In this document: piece after piece, positions 41,056 to 53,685 of the stretch
How positions within the stretch are numbered: the first letter of the stretch is position 1
Layout: each line of letters begins with the position of its first letter
Origin: Eledone cirrhosa
Lineage: Eukaryota
DNA length: 64,000 bases
Reading direction: 5' to 3'
Assembly: GCA_964016885.1 (NCBI GenBank)
Contig: OZ024762.1
Span: 11,594,001-11,658,000 of the forward strand
Notes under the pieces: model-generated
Told to the model about the DNA's origin: nothing
Database searches by the model: none
Seen by the model: the letters and a program-made list of their open reading frames with translations, nothing else
Translations under genes and position numbers: made by a program

Positions 41056-41764
41056 AGTGTTCATATTTATTTAAAAACCTTCCATCATAATGTAAGAATT
41101 TTTATTAACCCTTTAGCATTTACATTTTTCTATATATATACTGTTGTATTTTCACAGAAAAGACTTTACCCCATAATTATGAGGGTAAAATATATAGGGG
41201 CCACCTCTAATGTCTTTAACCCTTTAACATTTACATTACTCTACGTTAGTATGAGTGGCCAGTTTCAGCCAGTTTGAACTGAAAGAGGAGAAAGAATTCT
41301 GGTCAGATATCCTTTAGCATTTACATTACTCTCATCATCATCATCATCATCATCACCGTTTTACGTCCGTTCTTCCACGCTAGCATGGGTTAGACGGGTT
41401 GTCCTGTTGTGGGCAGTGTCTGGTCGGCTGACCATGCCTTGCTCATACAGGAACTGATCTGGCTTGATTTCTACAGCTGGATGCCCTTCCTAACACCAAC
41501 CTCATTTACAGTGAGTGCTGGGTGCTTTTTCGTGGCGCCTACACGTCCACTTTACAGTGTGGGCTGGGTGCTTTTTTGCCGTGGCACCTCCACGACCACC
41601 TTGCGGTGGGGGGGGGGGCATATTGTTTATATGCTTCAGCATGTACCCATGGGAGGTCGGGTACCCTGTATTACTGCGTGACGCCAGAAGTCACGGTCGT
41701 GTGTCATTGACTTTGAGAGGTGTAGTTGGGTAAGGTCGGCTTTTATCACCTCATCCCAAGTCAT

Positions 41765-42681
41765 CTATTGTATTTTCACAGTAAAGACTTTACCTCACAT
41801 AATATCTCACATAACATTTACATTACTCTATATATACTATTGTATTTTCACAGTAAAGGCTTTACCTCACATAATATCTCACATAACGTTTACATTACTC
41901 TATATATACTATTGTATTTTCACAGTAAAGGCTTTACCTCACATAATATCTCACATAACATTTACATTACTCTATATATACTATTGTATTTTCACAGTAA
42001 AGACTTTACCTCACATAATATCTCACATAACATTTACATTACTCTATATATACTATTGTATTTTCACAGTAAAGGCTTTACCTCACATAATATCTCACAT
42101 AACGTTTACATTACTCTATATATACTATTGTATTTTCACAGTAAAGGCTTTACCTCACATAATATCTCACATAACATTTACATTACTCTATATATACTAT
42201 TGTATTTTCACAGTAAAGACTTTACCTCACATAATACCTCACATAATATCTCACATAACATTTACATTACTCTATATATACTATTGTATTTTCACAGTAA
42301 AGGCTTTACCTCACATAATATCTCACATAACGTTTACATTACTCTATATATACTATTGTATTTTCACAGTAAAGGCTTTACCTCACATAATATCTCACAT
42401 AACATTTACATTACTCTATATATACTATTGTATTTTCACAGTAAACACTTCACCTCACATAATATCTCATATAACGTTTACATTACTCTATATATACTAT
42501 TGTATTTTTACAGTAAAGGCTTTACCTCACATAATATCGAATCTACGAGGTTTTGATATTATTCATTTTGAGAACAATACCTTAACATCAGTATGAGTGG
42601 CCAGTTACAGCTGGTTTGATCAGAAAGAGATGAGAGATTTCTGGACGAATACGGCCAGTTTAAATGATGCTAAAGGGTTAA
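41765..42681 (+). repeat. 72-bp satellite (~10.6 copies) expanded inside a piggyBac-type MITE
   Basis: Period 72 (41765, 41837...), followed by the normal MITE end TGCTAAAGGG-TTAA at 42681. Confidence 0.9.
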
Positions 42682-43515
42682 GTTATGTTCCAAATATCAA
42701 CTTAAGAAGAAAGTTAGTTACATTACTAAATCTCACTAAATTCTTGATTATTTCCCAAATGAATTCAAAATCGTAGGCAATGTTTTTCATTAGAAATATG
42801 GTAATGAAAGGGTTAAGTTTATTTTCATCCAACACAGGGTTGTTGTTGTATAGTGTTTGTGTGTAGTTGTTGTTAATATCGGAAATAACAGGAAACTGCC
42901 AACTGTTCTACCATAAACATTTCCGAATGAACAGTTTCTTTTCTTGAGTGCTTGAGAATTTGAACCTCATCCACCTAGTCAAGGATTTTCCTTCTCAGAG
43001 AGACAGAGACTAATAGACAGATGCGGAGAGACAGAGACAGACACAGAGAAACAGAGGCACTGACAAAGACACAGAGAGACTCACAGAGTCAGAGACAAAC
43101 AGACAAGCAATGACAGAGAGCAAGGAATTGTTCCTGTGGCAGTGTAACAAAGGTTATATCTCTGGTGACTTTCAGCTACCAACATGTGGGAACTACTTTG
43201 GAACCTAACTGTAGAGAGAGAAGGAGTGAAAGAGGGATAGAGGGAGTGTGGAGGAGGGATAGTGAGAGAGAGGGAAAATAGTAAGAGGGAGTGTAGAAGG
43301 AATAGAGAGAAGGAGTGAAAGAGGGAGTGTAGAAGGAATAGAGAGAACAAGGGGGAGAGAGGAAGAAGAGACAGAGAAAGAGAGAGGAAGAGAGAGAATG
43401 AAATGTTGGAGATAGGTTTTTCCCAAATGTAAAAATTCTCACAATGAAAGAATCAAATTTTGAAGAGAAAAAAAAAGAAGACAAACTTCAAACAATAAAA
43501 ATTGTACTAAAACAC

Positions 43516-43547
<32 letters not shown>

Positions 43548-43612
43548 CATACACATACTCCCACACATGCACACACACACACACATATATATACACATAC
43601 TCACACACATGT

Positions 43613-43647
<35 letters not shown>

Positions 43648-43810
43648 CATACATACATACACTGACACATGTAACACACACACACTCATATATATATATA
43701 TATATATCATACACACACACACACATATGTATCTGTATACATACGTATATATATATATATTACTCACACACATATATATATACATACATACACACACACA
43801 TGTGTATCTG

Positions 43811-43853
<43 letters not shown>

Positions 43854-43911
43854 TACTCACACACATACATATATATATACATACATACACACACACATAT
43901 GTATCTGTATA

Positions 43912-43942
<31 letters not shown>

Positions 43943-44064
43943 TACTCACACACATACATATATATATATACATACATACACACACACATATGTATATATA
44001 TATATATATTACTCACACACATACATATATATACATACATACACACACACATATGTATCTGTAT

Positions 44065-44095
<31 letters not shown>

Positions 44096-46444
44096 TATTA
44101 CTCACACACATACATACACATACATATATACATACATACATATATAACATTTTACTAAAAGAGCAGAGTAAGAACCAGGATTTGTGTGACAAGTGCCAAA
44201 GAGAGGGGGGGGGGGCAACTTTGATCCAGCGTGTTAAAGGCTACAACACCTTGTCATCTCATTGACTGAACTTTCCAGAAACATTCATAGAATATGGCAA
44301 CATTTGAAACTGTAATGTTGGTAACATGAGAATGGTAGTGGTGGCGGTGGTGGTGGTGTGTAGGGCTGGTGGTGGTGGTGGTGGTGGTGGTGGAGGGTAG
44401 CGTCGTGGTGGTGGTGGTGGGTAGCGTGGTGGTGGTGGTGGTGGGTAGCGTGGTGGTGGTGGTGGTGGTGGTGGAGGGTAGCGTGGTGGTGGTGGTGGTG
44501 GTGGGTAGCGTGGTGGTGGTGGTGGGTAGTGTGGTGGTGGTGGTGGAGGGTAGCGTGGTGGTGGTGGTGGTGGTGGGTAGTGTGGTGGTGGTGGGGAGCA
44601 TGGTGGTGGTGGTGGGTATGGTGGTGGTGGTGGTGGTGGTGGGTAGCGTGGTGGTGACGGTGGTGGGTAGGGTGATGGTGGTGGTGGGTAGCGTGGTGGT
44701 GGTGAGTAGGGAGGTGATGTTGGTGATGATGATGTTGGTGGTGACGGTCGTGGTGAGTAGGGAGGTGATGTTGGTGGTGGTGGTGGGTAGCGTGGTGGTG
44801 GTGGTGAGTAGGGAAGTGATGATGTGATGATGATGTTGGTGGTGACGGTTGTGGTGGGGTGGTGATGGTGGTGGTGGTGGTTAAGGAAAGATATATAGGA
44901 AGAAAGAGAGAATGATATATATGAAGAGAGAGAGAATGAGATATATATATATATGAAGAGAGGGAGATATAGGAAGAGAGAGGGGAAGATGGAGAGATAT
45001 ATATGAAGAGGGTGAGAGAAAGATAGGAAGAGAGAGGTAGAGTGACAGAAGGAAAGAGATGTAAGAAGAGATAGGGAGAGATATATATGAAAAAGAGGGA
45101 GAACTATAGGAAGAGGGAGGGAGGGAGGTAGTCGGAGGGAGAGCTATAGGAAAAAAGAGAGAGGAGGAGATAGAGAGAAATGTAAGAAGAGACAGAGGGG
45201 GAGATATATAGGAATAGAGAGAGAGGGGGAGATAGCGAAGTGTAAGAAGAGACAGGAGGGAAGATATATAGGAAGAAAGAGGGGGGGGTAGAGAGAAGTG
45301 TAAGAAGAGACAGAGGGGGAGGAGATGTATAGGAAGAGAGAGAGGGGTGAGATGGAGATAAAAAAGGAAAGAAAGAAATATGAAATCAATGAAAAACCTC
45401 CCAACATTGCAACTTAAACCTAAACTGTGATGGAGGAACTAAATATGATACTGTCCTCTTAGTGGTAGTAGTGGTGGTGGTGGTGGTAGTGGTGGTACTA
45501 GTGGTGGTGGTGGTGGTGGTGGTAGTAGTGGTGTTGGTCGCAGTAGTAGTGGTGGTGGTAGTGGTGGTGGTGGTGGTAGTGGTGGTGGTGGTGGTGGTGG
45601 TAGTAGTGGTAGTAGTGGTGTTGGTCGCAGTAGTAGTGGTGGTGGTAGTGGTGGTGGTCGCAGTAGTAGTGGTGGTGGTGTTGGTAGTGGTGGTGGTGTT
45701 GGTCGTAGTAGTAGTGGTGGTGGTGGTGGTGGTGGTGGTGTTGGTCGTAGTAGTAGTGGTGGTGGTGTTGGTACTAGTGGTAGTGGTGGTGGTGTTGGTG
45801 GTAGTAGTAGTGGTGGTGGTGGTGTTGGTGGTAGTAGTAGTGGTGGTGGTGGTGTTGGTGGTAGTAGTGGTGGTGGTGGTGTTGGTGGTGTTGGTAATAG
45901 TGGTGGTGGTGGTGGTGGTGGTGTTGGTAATAGTGGTGGTGGTGGTGGTGGTGGTAGTGGTAATAGTGGTGGTGGTGGCGTTGGTGGTAGTGGTAGTGGC
46001 GGTGATGGTGATGGTAGTGATGATGGTGGTAGTAGCAGTGGTGGTGATGGTAGTAGTGATACTGATGATGGTGGTGGTAGTGGTGGTAGTAGTAATAGTA
46101 GTAGTGGTAGTGATAATGCCAGTGGTAGTATTATTAACGACCTCTTAATTAGCTAAAGAAGCTTTAGGGTTTATGAAAGTGACCCTGCAGGGTGGGAGCG
46201 AATGTGGAATTGTAAAGTTCATACATCTCTCCTAAGAGCAAATCAGTGTAAAACACCCCTCCCCACCCCACACACACACACCTGCACCCAATGTTCCCCA
46301 TCATCATCATCATCATCAACATCAGCTTGTTAACATCTGTTAACATCTGTTTTCCCTGCTAGCATGGGTTGGACATGTCGTTAAAGACCAGTCAGTACTC
46401 CAACAGTGCCTTTGACCTCCAGGTGGGCCAGGATCCCCGCATAT

Positions 46445-46856
46445 GGGATGGTACAGGGACCCAAATCACCAGGGGTCCCTACTGTTGTGGATGGCCAACT
46501 TTGGCCTGATAGCACTGGTTAGGCGATGGTACAGGGACCCAAAATACTAGGGGTCCCTACTGGTGTGGGTGGCCAACTCCGGCCTGATAGCAGTGGTTAG
46601 GGGATGGTACAGGGACCCAAAATACTAGGGGTCCCTATTGGTGTGGGTGGCCAACTCTGGCCTGATAGCAGTGGTTAGGGGATGGTACAGGGACCCAAAA
46701 TACTAGGGGTCCCTACTGGTGTGGGTGGCCAACTCTGGCCTGATAGCAGTGGTTAGGGGATGGTACAGGGACCCAAAATACTAGGGGTCCCTATTGGTGT
46801 GGGTGGCCAACTCTGTCCTGATAGCAGTAATTAGGGGGATGGTACAGGGACCAAAA
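46445..46856. repeat. 78-bp GC-rich minisatellite x~5.3 with internal hairpin
   Basis: ATGGTACAGGGACCC at 46448, 46526, 46604...; AGGGACCC-N-GGGTCCCT in each unit. Confidence 0.9.
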
Positions 46857-47120
46857 TCAGGTTCAACAATAATTCTCATAGGAATTTGGGAATCCAGTTA
46901 TGGCATCTCGTCATTGCAAACTTAAATTTTTCTGAAATATTTGTTCTAGCACCTGGCTAAGTCTACCTCGGTCTTAATCTCCAGGCAGAAGGAACTCTGT
47001 ATGGTAACCAAACGTCTTTATCTGTCTAGCTATGTCTACATAATTAATTAACATTTCTTATCCTATCGTACTAAACAGCCAGGCTGAAGTTAAACAGACA
47101 GAGGATATATATATCTGCGT

Positions 47121-47155
<35 letters not shown>

Positions 47156-47946
47156 CATGCATACATACATATATACACACATACATACATATATCAGCTA
47201 TACATACATACATGCATCATATATACATACACACATACAGGTAAATATGGTGGTGTGTGTATATATATATATATATATATAGAAGGGGGTAATATATAGT
47301 GGTGTATGTATATGTGTATATATATATAATATATACACAAAAATGTATGTCCCCCCAAAAAATGTATACACGCTTCAACAGCATTCTAATAAATATTTGT
47401 ATACATTTTTTGGAACACCCTATATATTTCATTTCATTCATTTCATTTCATTTTACGTCCGCTTTTCCCTGCTTGCAAGGGTGGGACGGGAACTGATTCT
47501 GGCTTGATTTCTACAGCTGGTTGCCCTTCCTAACACCAACCTCATTTACAGTGAGTGCTGGGTGCTTTTTTGCCGTGGCACCTCCACGACCACTTTGCAG
47601 TGGAATGATAGGGACCCCAGTCCCTATCATCTCATTTCTACAGCTGAGTAAACTGGAGCAATATGAAATAAAGTGTCTTGCTCAAGGAAACAACAAATCA
47701 CCCGGTCTGAGAATTGAACTCACAACCTTTCGATTGCAAGCCCAATGCTCTAACCACTAAGCCATGTGCCTCCATATATATATATATGTATATATATATG
47801 TCAAGCTATCTAACATATGTCATTACTTTAAGGTGACGCAACCTTATTGAGTGCTTTGCTGCACATTCCTCATTGTATATCGTTAGCTTGGCCACAGCCA
47901 AAACTTCGATTTTACTAAACTTCCATTTGTATGTATATATATATAT

Positions 47947-48245
47947 ATATGAATAAAGTTAGTCCTTCATCAGTGATCTTCCAACCTTCATTGGTATTTC
48001 ATCGCTTTAAAGACCATATACCTCCGGTTGGTGCAAGCAATGGCTAAAGAAAGTCATTGGGACACATAAATAAGGGGAACGAGCGAGACTGTAAACAAAC
48101 AAAGATGGTAAAGCACCAACCGGAGGTATATGGTCTTTAAAGCGATGAAATACCAATGAAGGTTGGAAGATCACTGATGAAGGACTAACTTTATTCATAT
48201 GTAACCCATTTGCAACCACGCAGCACGTTTGTTTTCATATTCACA
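47947..48245. mobile_element. Inverted-repeat element (~88-bp arms, 78-bp spacer) in (TA)n; single-arm relative at 795-930
   Basis: 47947-48034 is the reverse complement of 48113-48200. Confidence 0.75.
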
Positions 48246-48347
48246 TATATATATATACTGTCTATATAATCAATGAGTTATTTAATTTGTTGATTATTCA
48301 ACAAATTTAGTTTATAACAGATTAGAACAGGATTCTTCTGGAGTATA

Positions 48348-48681
48348 ATATCAATAATATTAATAAATAGAAGCTATATTTATAAAACCATATTTATTTT
48401 ATTATATATATTTCAAGGGTACCAAAATTTTGGTACGCTCTCATCAGATAAAATACAAAAGTTGGTTTACAGATAGTGACATATCTAGATAAGAACTTAA
48501 TGTTGTGACTATTCAAATAGAACTCACAACATTAAGTTCTTATCTGGATATGTCACCATCTGTAAACCAACTTTTGCATTTTATCTGAGAGCGTACCAAA
48601 ATTTTGGTACCCTTGAAATATATATAAAAAAATAAATATGGTTTTATATAGATAGCTTCCATTTATTAATATTATTGATAT
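48348..48681. mobile_element. Fold-back element with ~160-bp arms; intact HHR on - (48395-48455), + copy lacks 3 nt of the core
   Basis: TATTTTAT-CTGATGA-GAGCGTACCAAAatTTTGGTACCCTT-GAAA-TATATATA-ATAAAATA; 15-nt spacer 48509-48523. Confidence 0.85.
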
Positions 48682-49203
48682 ATATATATATATATACAGA
48701 GAGGGGGGGGGGGGGGGCAAAATTAGGACTGCGGCACCAAGTGGTTTCAGCAAACCTTTTTTGTATTGCTCCGTGTTTCTTAGAAACTGATGTAAGTACC
48801 TGAAGATCACAATTTTGGTGGCTCTTGTACTCTAAAGGTGTGGTCAATATAGGGCCTTGAAATATATATATATATATATATGGATGTGAATGGTTATATA
48901 TACATACACATGAGTACTTATATATATACATGTGTATATACACAGACATATATATATATATACATACATTCTTCAATCATGATGCATTCATTAATGGTTT
49001 CATTAAGAGAGGTTTTACATTACCCTCCCTCAGTCACTTACCCCTCTCTCTCGCCACTCTCCCCGCTCTCTCTCCCCTCTTTCCCTATCTGTCCCTCCCC
49101 ATCTCTCTTTCTTCCCTCTCTCTAACTCTCTCTCTCTCAATCTCTCTCCATCTCTCCAAATCTCTTCATCTCTCTCTCTCTCCATCTCTCTCTCTCTCTC
49201 TCT

Positions 49204-49245
<42 letters not shown>

Positions 49246-49689
49246 GTCATGATACATTCATTATATATCGTATTACAACAATTCCATCTGATATTTAACT
49301 GAACACCACCACCACATCACCACCACCACCACCTCCACCACATCACCACCACCACCTCCACCACATCACCACCACCACCTCCACCACCTCTACCACTACC
49401 ACCACCGTTACCACCACCACCACATCGCTACCACTACCACAACATCACCACCACCTCTACCACTTCCACCACCGTTACTACTACTACCACCACCACCACC
49501 CTACCACCACCACCCTACCACCACCACCACCTCTACCACTACCATTACATCACCACCACCACCACCACCACCACATCACCATCATTAGTGCTCCAACCTG
49601 TTTTACCAAATAGGACAGCCTGTCCACGAAATTAACACACAAGTGACTGTGCATTCCCTTGACAGATGCACCCTTAAAGTAATTGGATT

Positions 49690-50620
49690 TGGGGTCCCCA
49701 GAAACCTCCTATGAGACGTCACCTCATAGGTAACCAGCTAAACTTACATAGATGTGAGCTGTAACGACAATATGATTGAAGTGGGGTCCCTATCATCAAA
49801 ATACCCCGGACATCTATGAGATGCACCCTTATAGGAGGCCAGTTAAACCTACGTAGATGTGAGCTGTAACAAGCTCAGCGTAATAGGACTGTGGTCCCTA
49901 TCATCAAAATGCCCTACTATGAGATACAACCCCATAAGAGGGCCATCTAAACCCACTTGGGCATGACAGGCTTGGAGCCCCTATCATTGAAACTCCCAAG
50001 AAACCTACTGAGAGATACAACCCCTTAAGAGGGCCCCCCACTTGGGCTACATCTGTGACAACAGCATGATAGGCCTGGAGCCCCTATTATCGAAACTCCC
50101 AAGAAACCTACTGAGAGGTACAACCCCTTAAGAGGGCCCCCCACTTGGGCTCTAGCTGTGACAACAGTATGATAGGCCTAGAGCCCCTATTATTGAAACT
50201 CCCAAGAAATCTACTGAGAGGTACAACCCCTTAAGAAGGCCCCCTCCACTTGGGCTCTAGCTGTGACAACAGTATGATAGGCCTAAAGCCCTTATTATTG
50301 AAACTCCCAAGAAACCTACTGAGAGGTACAACCCCTTAAGAAGCCGGCTAAATCCACATAGGCATGAGCTGTAGCAACAGCATAAGCCTGGGGCCCCTAT
50401 CATCAAAATGCTCAAGAAACCTCCTGAGAGACACGACCCCTTAAGAGGGCCCCCTTTGGCTCCAACTGTAATAGCAACATGATAGGCCTGGGTCCCCTAC
50501 TATGAGATATGGCCCCTTAAGAGGGCCCCCACTTCAGCTCCAGCTGTAACAACAGCATGATAGGCCTGGGTCCCCTACTGAGAAATACAACCCCTTAGGA
50601 ACCCACCTAAACTTGCAGAT
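49690..50620. repeat. Degenerate ~103-105-bp minisatellite
   Basis: GAGCCCCTAT..GAAACTCCCAAGAAACCTACTGAGAG.TACAACCCCTTAAG units near 49975, 50078, 50181, 50286. Confidence 0.85.
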
Positions 50621-52491
50621 GTGTGAGCTGTAAATTCAATTTATTTTTCTTTCATCATCATCACCATCATCAAATACATATTCATCACCACCACCATCAT
50701 CACCATCACCACCATCATCATCGCCATCATCAAATACATATTCATCACTATCACCATCACCACCACCATCATCATCATCATCGTCATCACCACCATCATC
50801 ACCACCATCACCATCGTCACCACCATCATCATCATCATAGTCCTTAAGTATAATTGAGAAGCTTACCTCCATTGTGTGAAGAAGTGGAGGTGTGTGTGGG
50901 GAGGAGGGGGAGACAGGGTCTATATGTGTTGATGTTACATCACAGCAGGGGGTAGGGTTGGGCTGGGGTAGAATACCCACCCCCTCACGAGAGGAGTTGA
51001 AGGATAAAATATAAATATATCCCAGACGAAATATAGGAGCCAGAAAACTGAAGGTTTTATATACTGTTACAGGCTGTCTCTTTTAGTGTTTGTATTGGCG
51101 GTGGTGTTGTGGTGTGGTGGTGTGGTGGTGTGTGGTAGTGTGGTGGTGTGTGGTGTGTGGTGTGTTGGTGTGTGGTGGTGGTGTGTGGTGGTGTATGGTG
51201 GTGTGGTGGTGTGGTGGTGTGTGTTGGTGTGGTGGTGTTGGTGTGGCGGTGTGTGGTGTGGCGGTGTGTGGTTGTGTGTGTTGGTGTGTTGGTGTGGTGT
51301 GGTGGTGTGTGTTGGTGTGTGGTGGTGTGTTGGTGTGGTGGTGTGTGGTGTGTGGTGGTGTGTGTTGGTGTGTGGTGGTGTGGTGGTGTGTGGTGTGGCG
51401 GTGTGTGGTGGTGTGTTGTGTGGTGGTGTGTTGGTGTGGAGGTGTGGTGTGTGGTGTGGTGTGGTGTGGTGGTGTGGAGGTGTGGTGTGGTGTGTGGTGG
51501 TGTGGTGGTGTGTGGTGGTGTGTTGGTGTGTGTTGGTGTGGAGGTGTGGTGTGGTGTGTGGTGTGGTTGTGTGGTGGTGTGGTGGTGTGTGTTGGTGTGT
51601 GTTGTTGTGGTGGTGTGGTGGTGTGGAGGTGTGGTGTGTGGTGTGGTGTGGTGGTGTGGTGGTGTGTGGTGGTGTGGTGGTGTGGTGGTGTGCTGTGGTG
51701 TGTGGTGTGGTGTGTGGTGGTGGTGTGAGTACCATGTGTGTATGTAGAATGGTTGTATGTGCATGTGCCATGTCTATGTATGTGAGTACTGTGTGTGTGT
51801 GTACGTGGCATATTTATATACATGTGTGTGTGTGTATGTGTATGTGTAAACACCATATGTGTGTAGATATAAACTTTCAACTCCCTCAGGTATGTTTGGC
51901 TTGCGTAGGTGGTGTTACATGTTTATATTTGTGTATACAGACTTGAAAATATCCTCAGTGTATCTGTATGTATATATATCTGTGTGTGTGTGTGTGTGTG
52001 TGTGTGTACTCTTTTACCTGTTCCAGCTATCCAACTGAGGCCATGCTGGGGCACCGCCCTTGTATGTGTGTATATATATATATTATATGTATGTATATAT
52101 ATATTATATGTATATGGCAATGGGAGTTTGTTTCTTTTCTGTTTAGGCCTGGTATATATATGTGTATATAAGAGAGAATGAGTCTAAAAGGATGTATGTA
52201 TATAACAGACAAGGGAAAATATATTAATCATAATTAGTCATTATTTATATAAAGATTCTTACATAAAATTATGATTAAGATTTTGGGATAAATATAGAAA
52301 TTTTTATAACTGCTCGATGGTCTTGAATAATCTTCTCCCCCACGGCTTAATTTTTCAGATTTTTTTCCAGCCTCTCCACTTTTATTCCATCCCTACATCC
52401 CACTTATTAAATTTGGCTATTCTATCTCTGGCAAAATTTTATTTTGAAGTTGTAGTATACCTGCGACAATTTTCTTCCATCACCATTAACA

Positions 52492-52975
52492 GGACTTCCT
52501 TTTTGTACTAGTCACTGTTGAGACCTCTGGGGTCCTAGGTCCCCATTAACAGGACTTGACTAACCACTTCCTTACTGTGCTGGCTACTGTCAAGACCTCT
52601 AGAATCTTTGGTCCCCATTAACAGGACTTGACTAACCACTTCCTCATTGTGCTGACTGCTGTTGAGACCTCTGGGGTCCTAGGTCCCCATTAACAGGACT
52701 TGACTAACCACTTCCTCATAGTGCTGACTGCTGTTGAGACCTCTGGGGTCCTAGGTCCCCATTAACAGGACTTGACTAACCACTTCCTCATAGTGCTGAC
52801 TGCTGTTGAGACCTCTGGGGTCCTAGGTCCCCATTAACAGGACTTGATTGACCACTTCCTTACTGTGCTGGCTACTGTCAAGACCTCTAGAATCTTTGGT
52901 CCCCATTAACAGGACTTGACTAACCACTTCCTCATTGTGCTGACTGCTGTTGAGACCTCTGGTGCCCTTGGTCCT
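52492..52975. repeat. 72-bp minisatellite x~6.5
   Basis: CCCCATTAACAGGACTTGACTAACCACTTCC at 52541, 52613, 52685, 52757, 52829, 52901. Confidence 0.9.
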
Positions 52976-53087
52976 CAAACTGTTGTTTTTCTTCACAAAA
53001 TCAAAAGTGCATCCCGCCTGAGGAAGGAGCTTCTTGAAGAGGTAGAGTGGCTGAGCAGCTTGTGTACCTGGCTGTCCTCTCTAGGGT

Positions 53088-53685
53088 TCAGCTGAGATAT
53101 ACCACTAAGACAGGGGGGGGTAGAGGTAGAGTGGCTGATGCAGTGGATGATGCTAGCTGTTCTTTGTGGTAATGTCTCTCGCCATTTTATCCATACATGG
53201 GGGGGGGGTTAAGGGAAGGGGGAGAGTCACAGGTGAGATATACCACCTTGACTGGGGTGTAGGGTCTGCTGACACCATGCCACGGGAAGGGGGGGGGGGT
53301 CACAGCTGAGATCACGACCTCCAAGAGAAATTTTTGCAAGGTGGTACAAGACCCCTTTGGGGTCCAAAGCAGGCAAAGATTTTTCTCAAAATGGATGTTG
53401 CATGGTTGCTGTGGGGGCCTTCTTAGCTCTTGGACCCCAGAACAAAGTACTGGCTGGACCCCAATCTCAAGCTCTGGCTGAGATAGACCACCTTTATTGA
53501 GGTGTAGGGTCTGCATACCCCACCTTTTGGGAAGGGGGGGGGGGGGGGGGTCACAGCTGAGATAGACCACCTTGACTGGGGTGTAGGGTCTGTTGACCCC
53601 ACCTCATGGGAAGGAGGGGGCGGGGCTCACAGCTTAGATATACCACCTTGATTGGGGTGTAGAGTCTGCTAACCCCACCCTCTTT
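53088..53685. repeat. G-run-rich ~75-bp degenerate repeat
   Basis: CACAGCTGAGATATACCACCTTGACTGGGGTGTAGGGTCTG...GGGAAGGGGGGG units. Confidence 0.7.

Noticed and set aside
41726-42556. 276-aa ORF with a 24-aa repeat
   Set aside because: Stop-free frame of the 72-bp MITE-derived satellite.
46445-46856. Regular hairpin-containing repeats as a CRISPR-like array (also 29675, 52492, 60083)
   Set aside because: Units are contiguous tandem copies without unique spacers; eukaryotic context and no cas genes.
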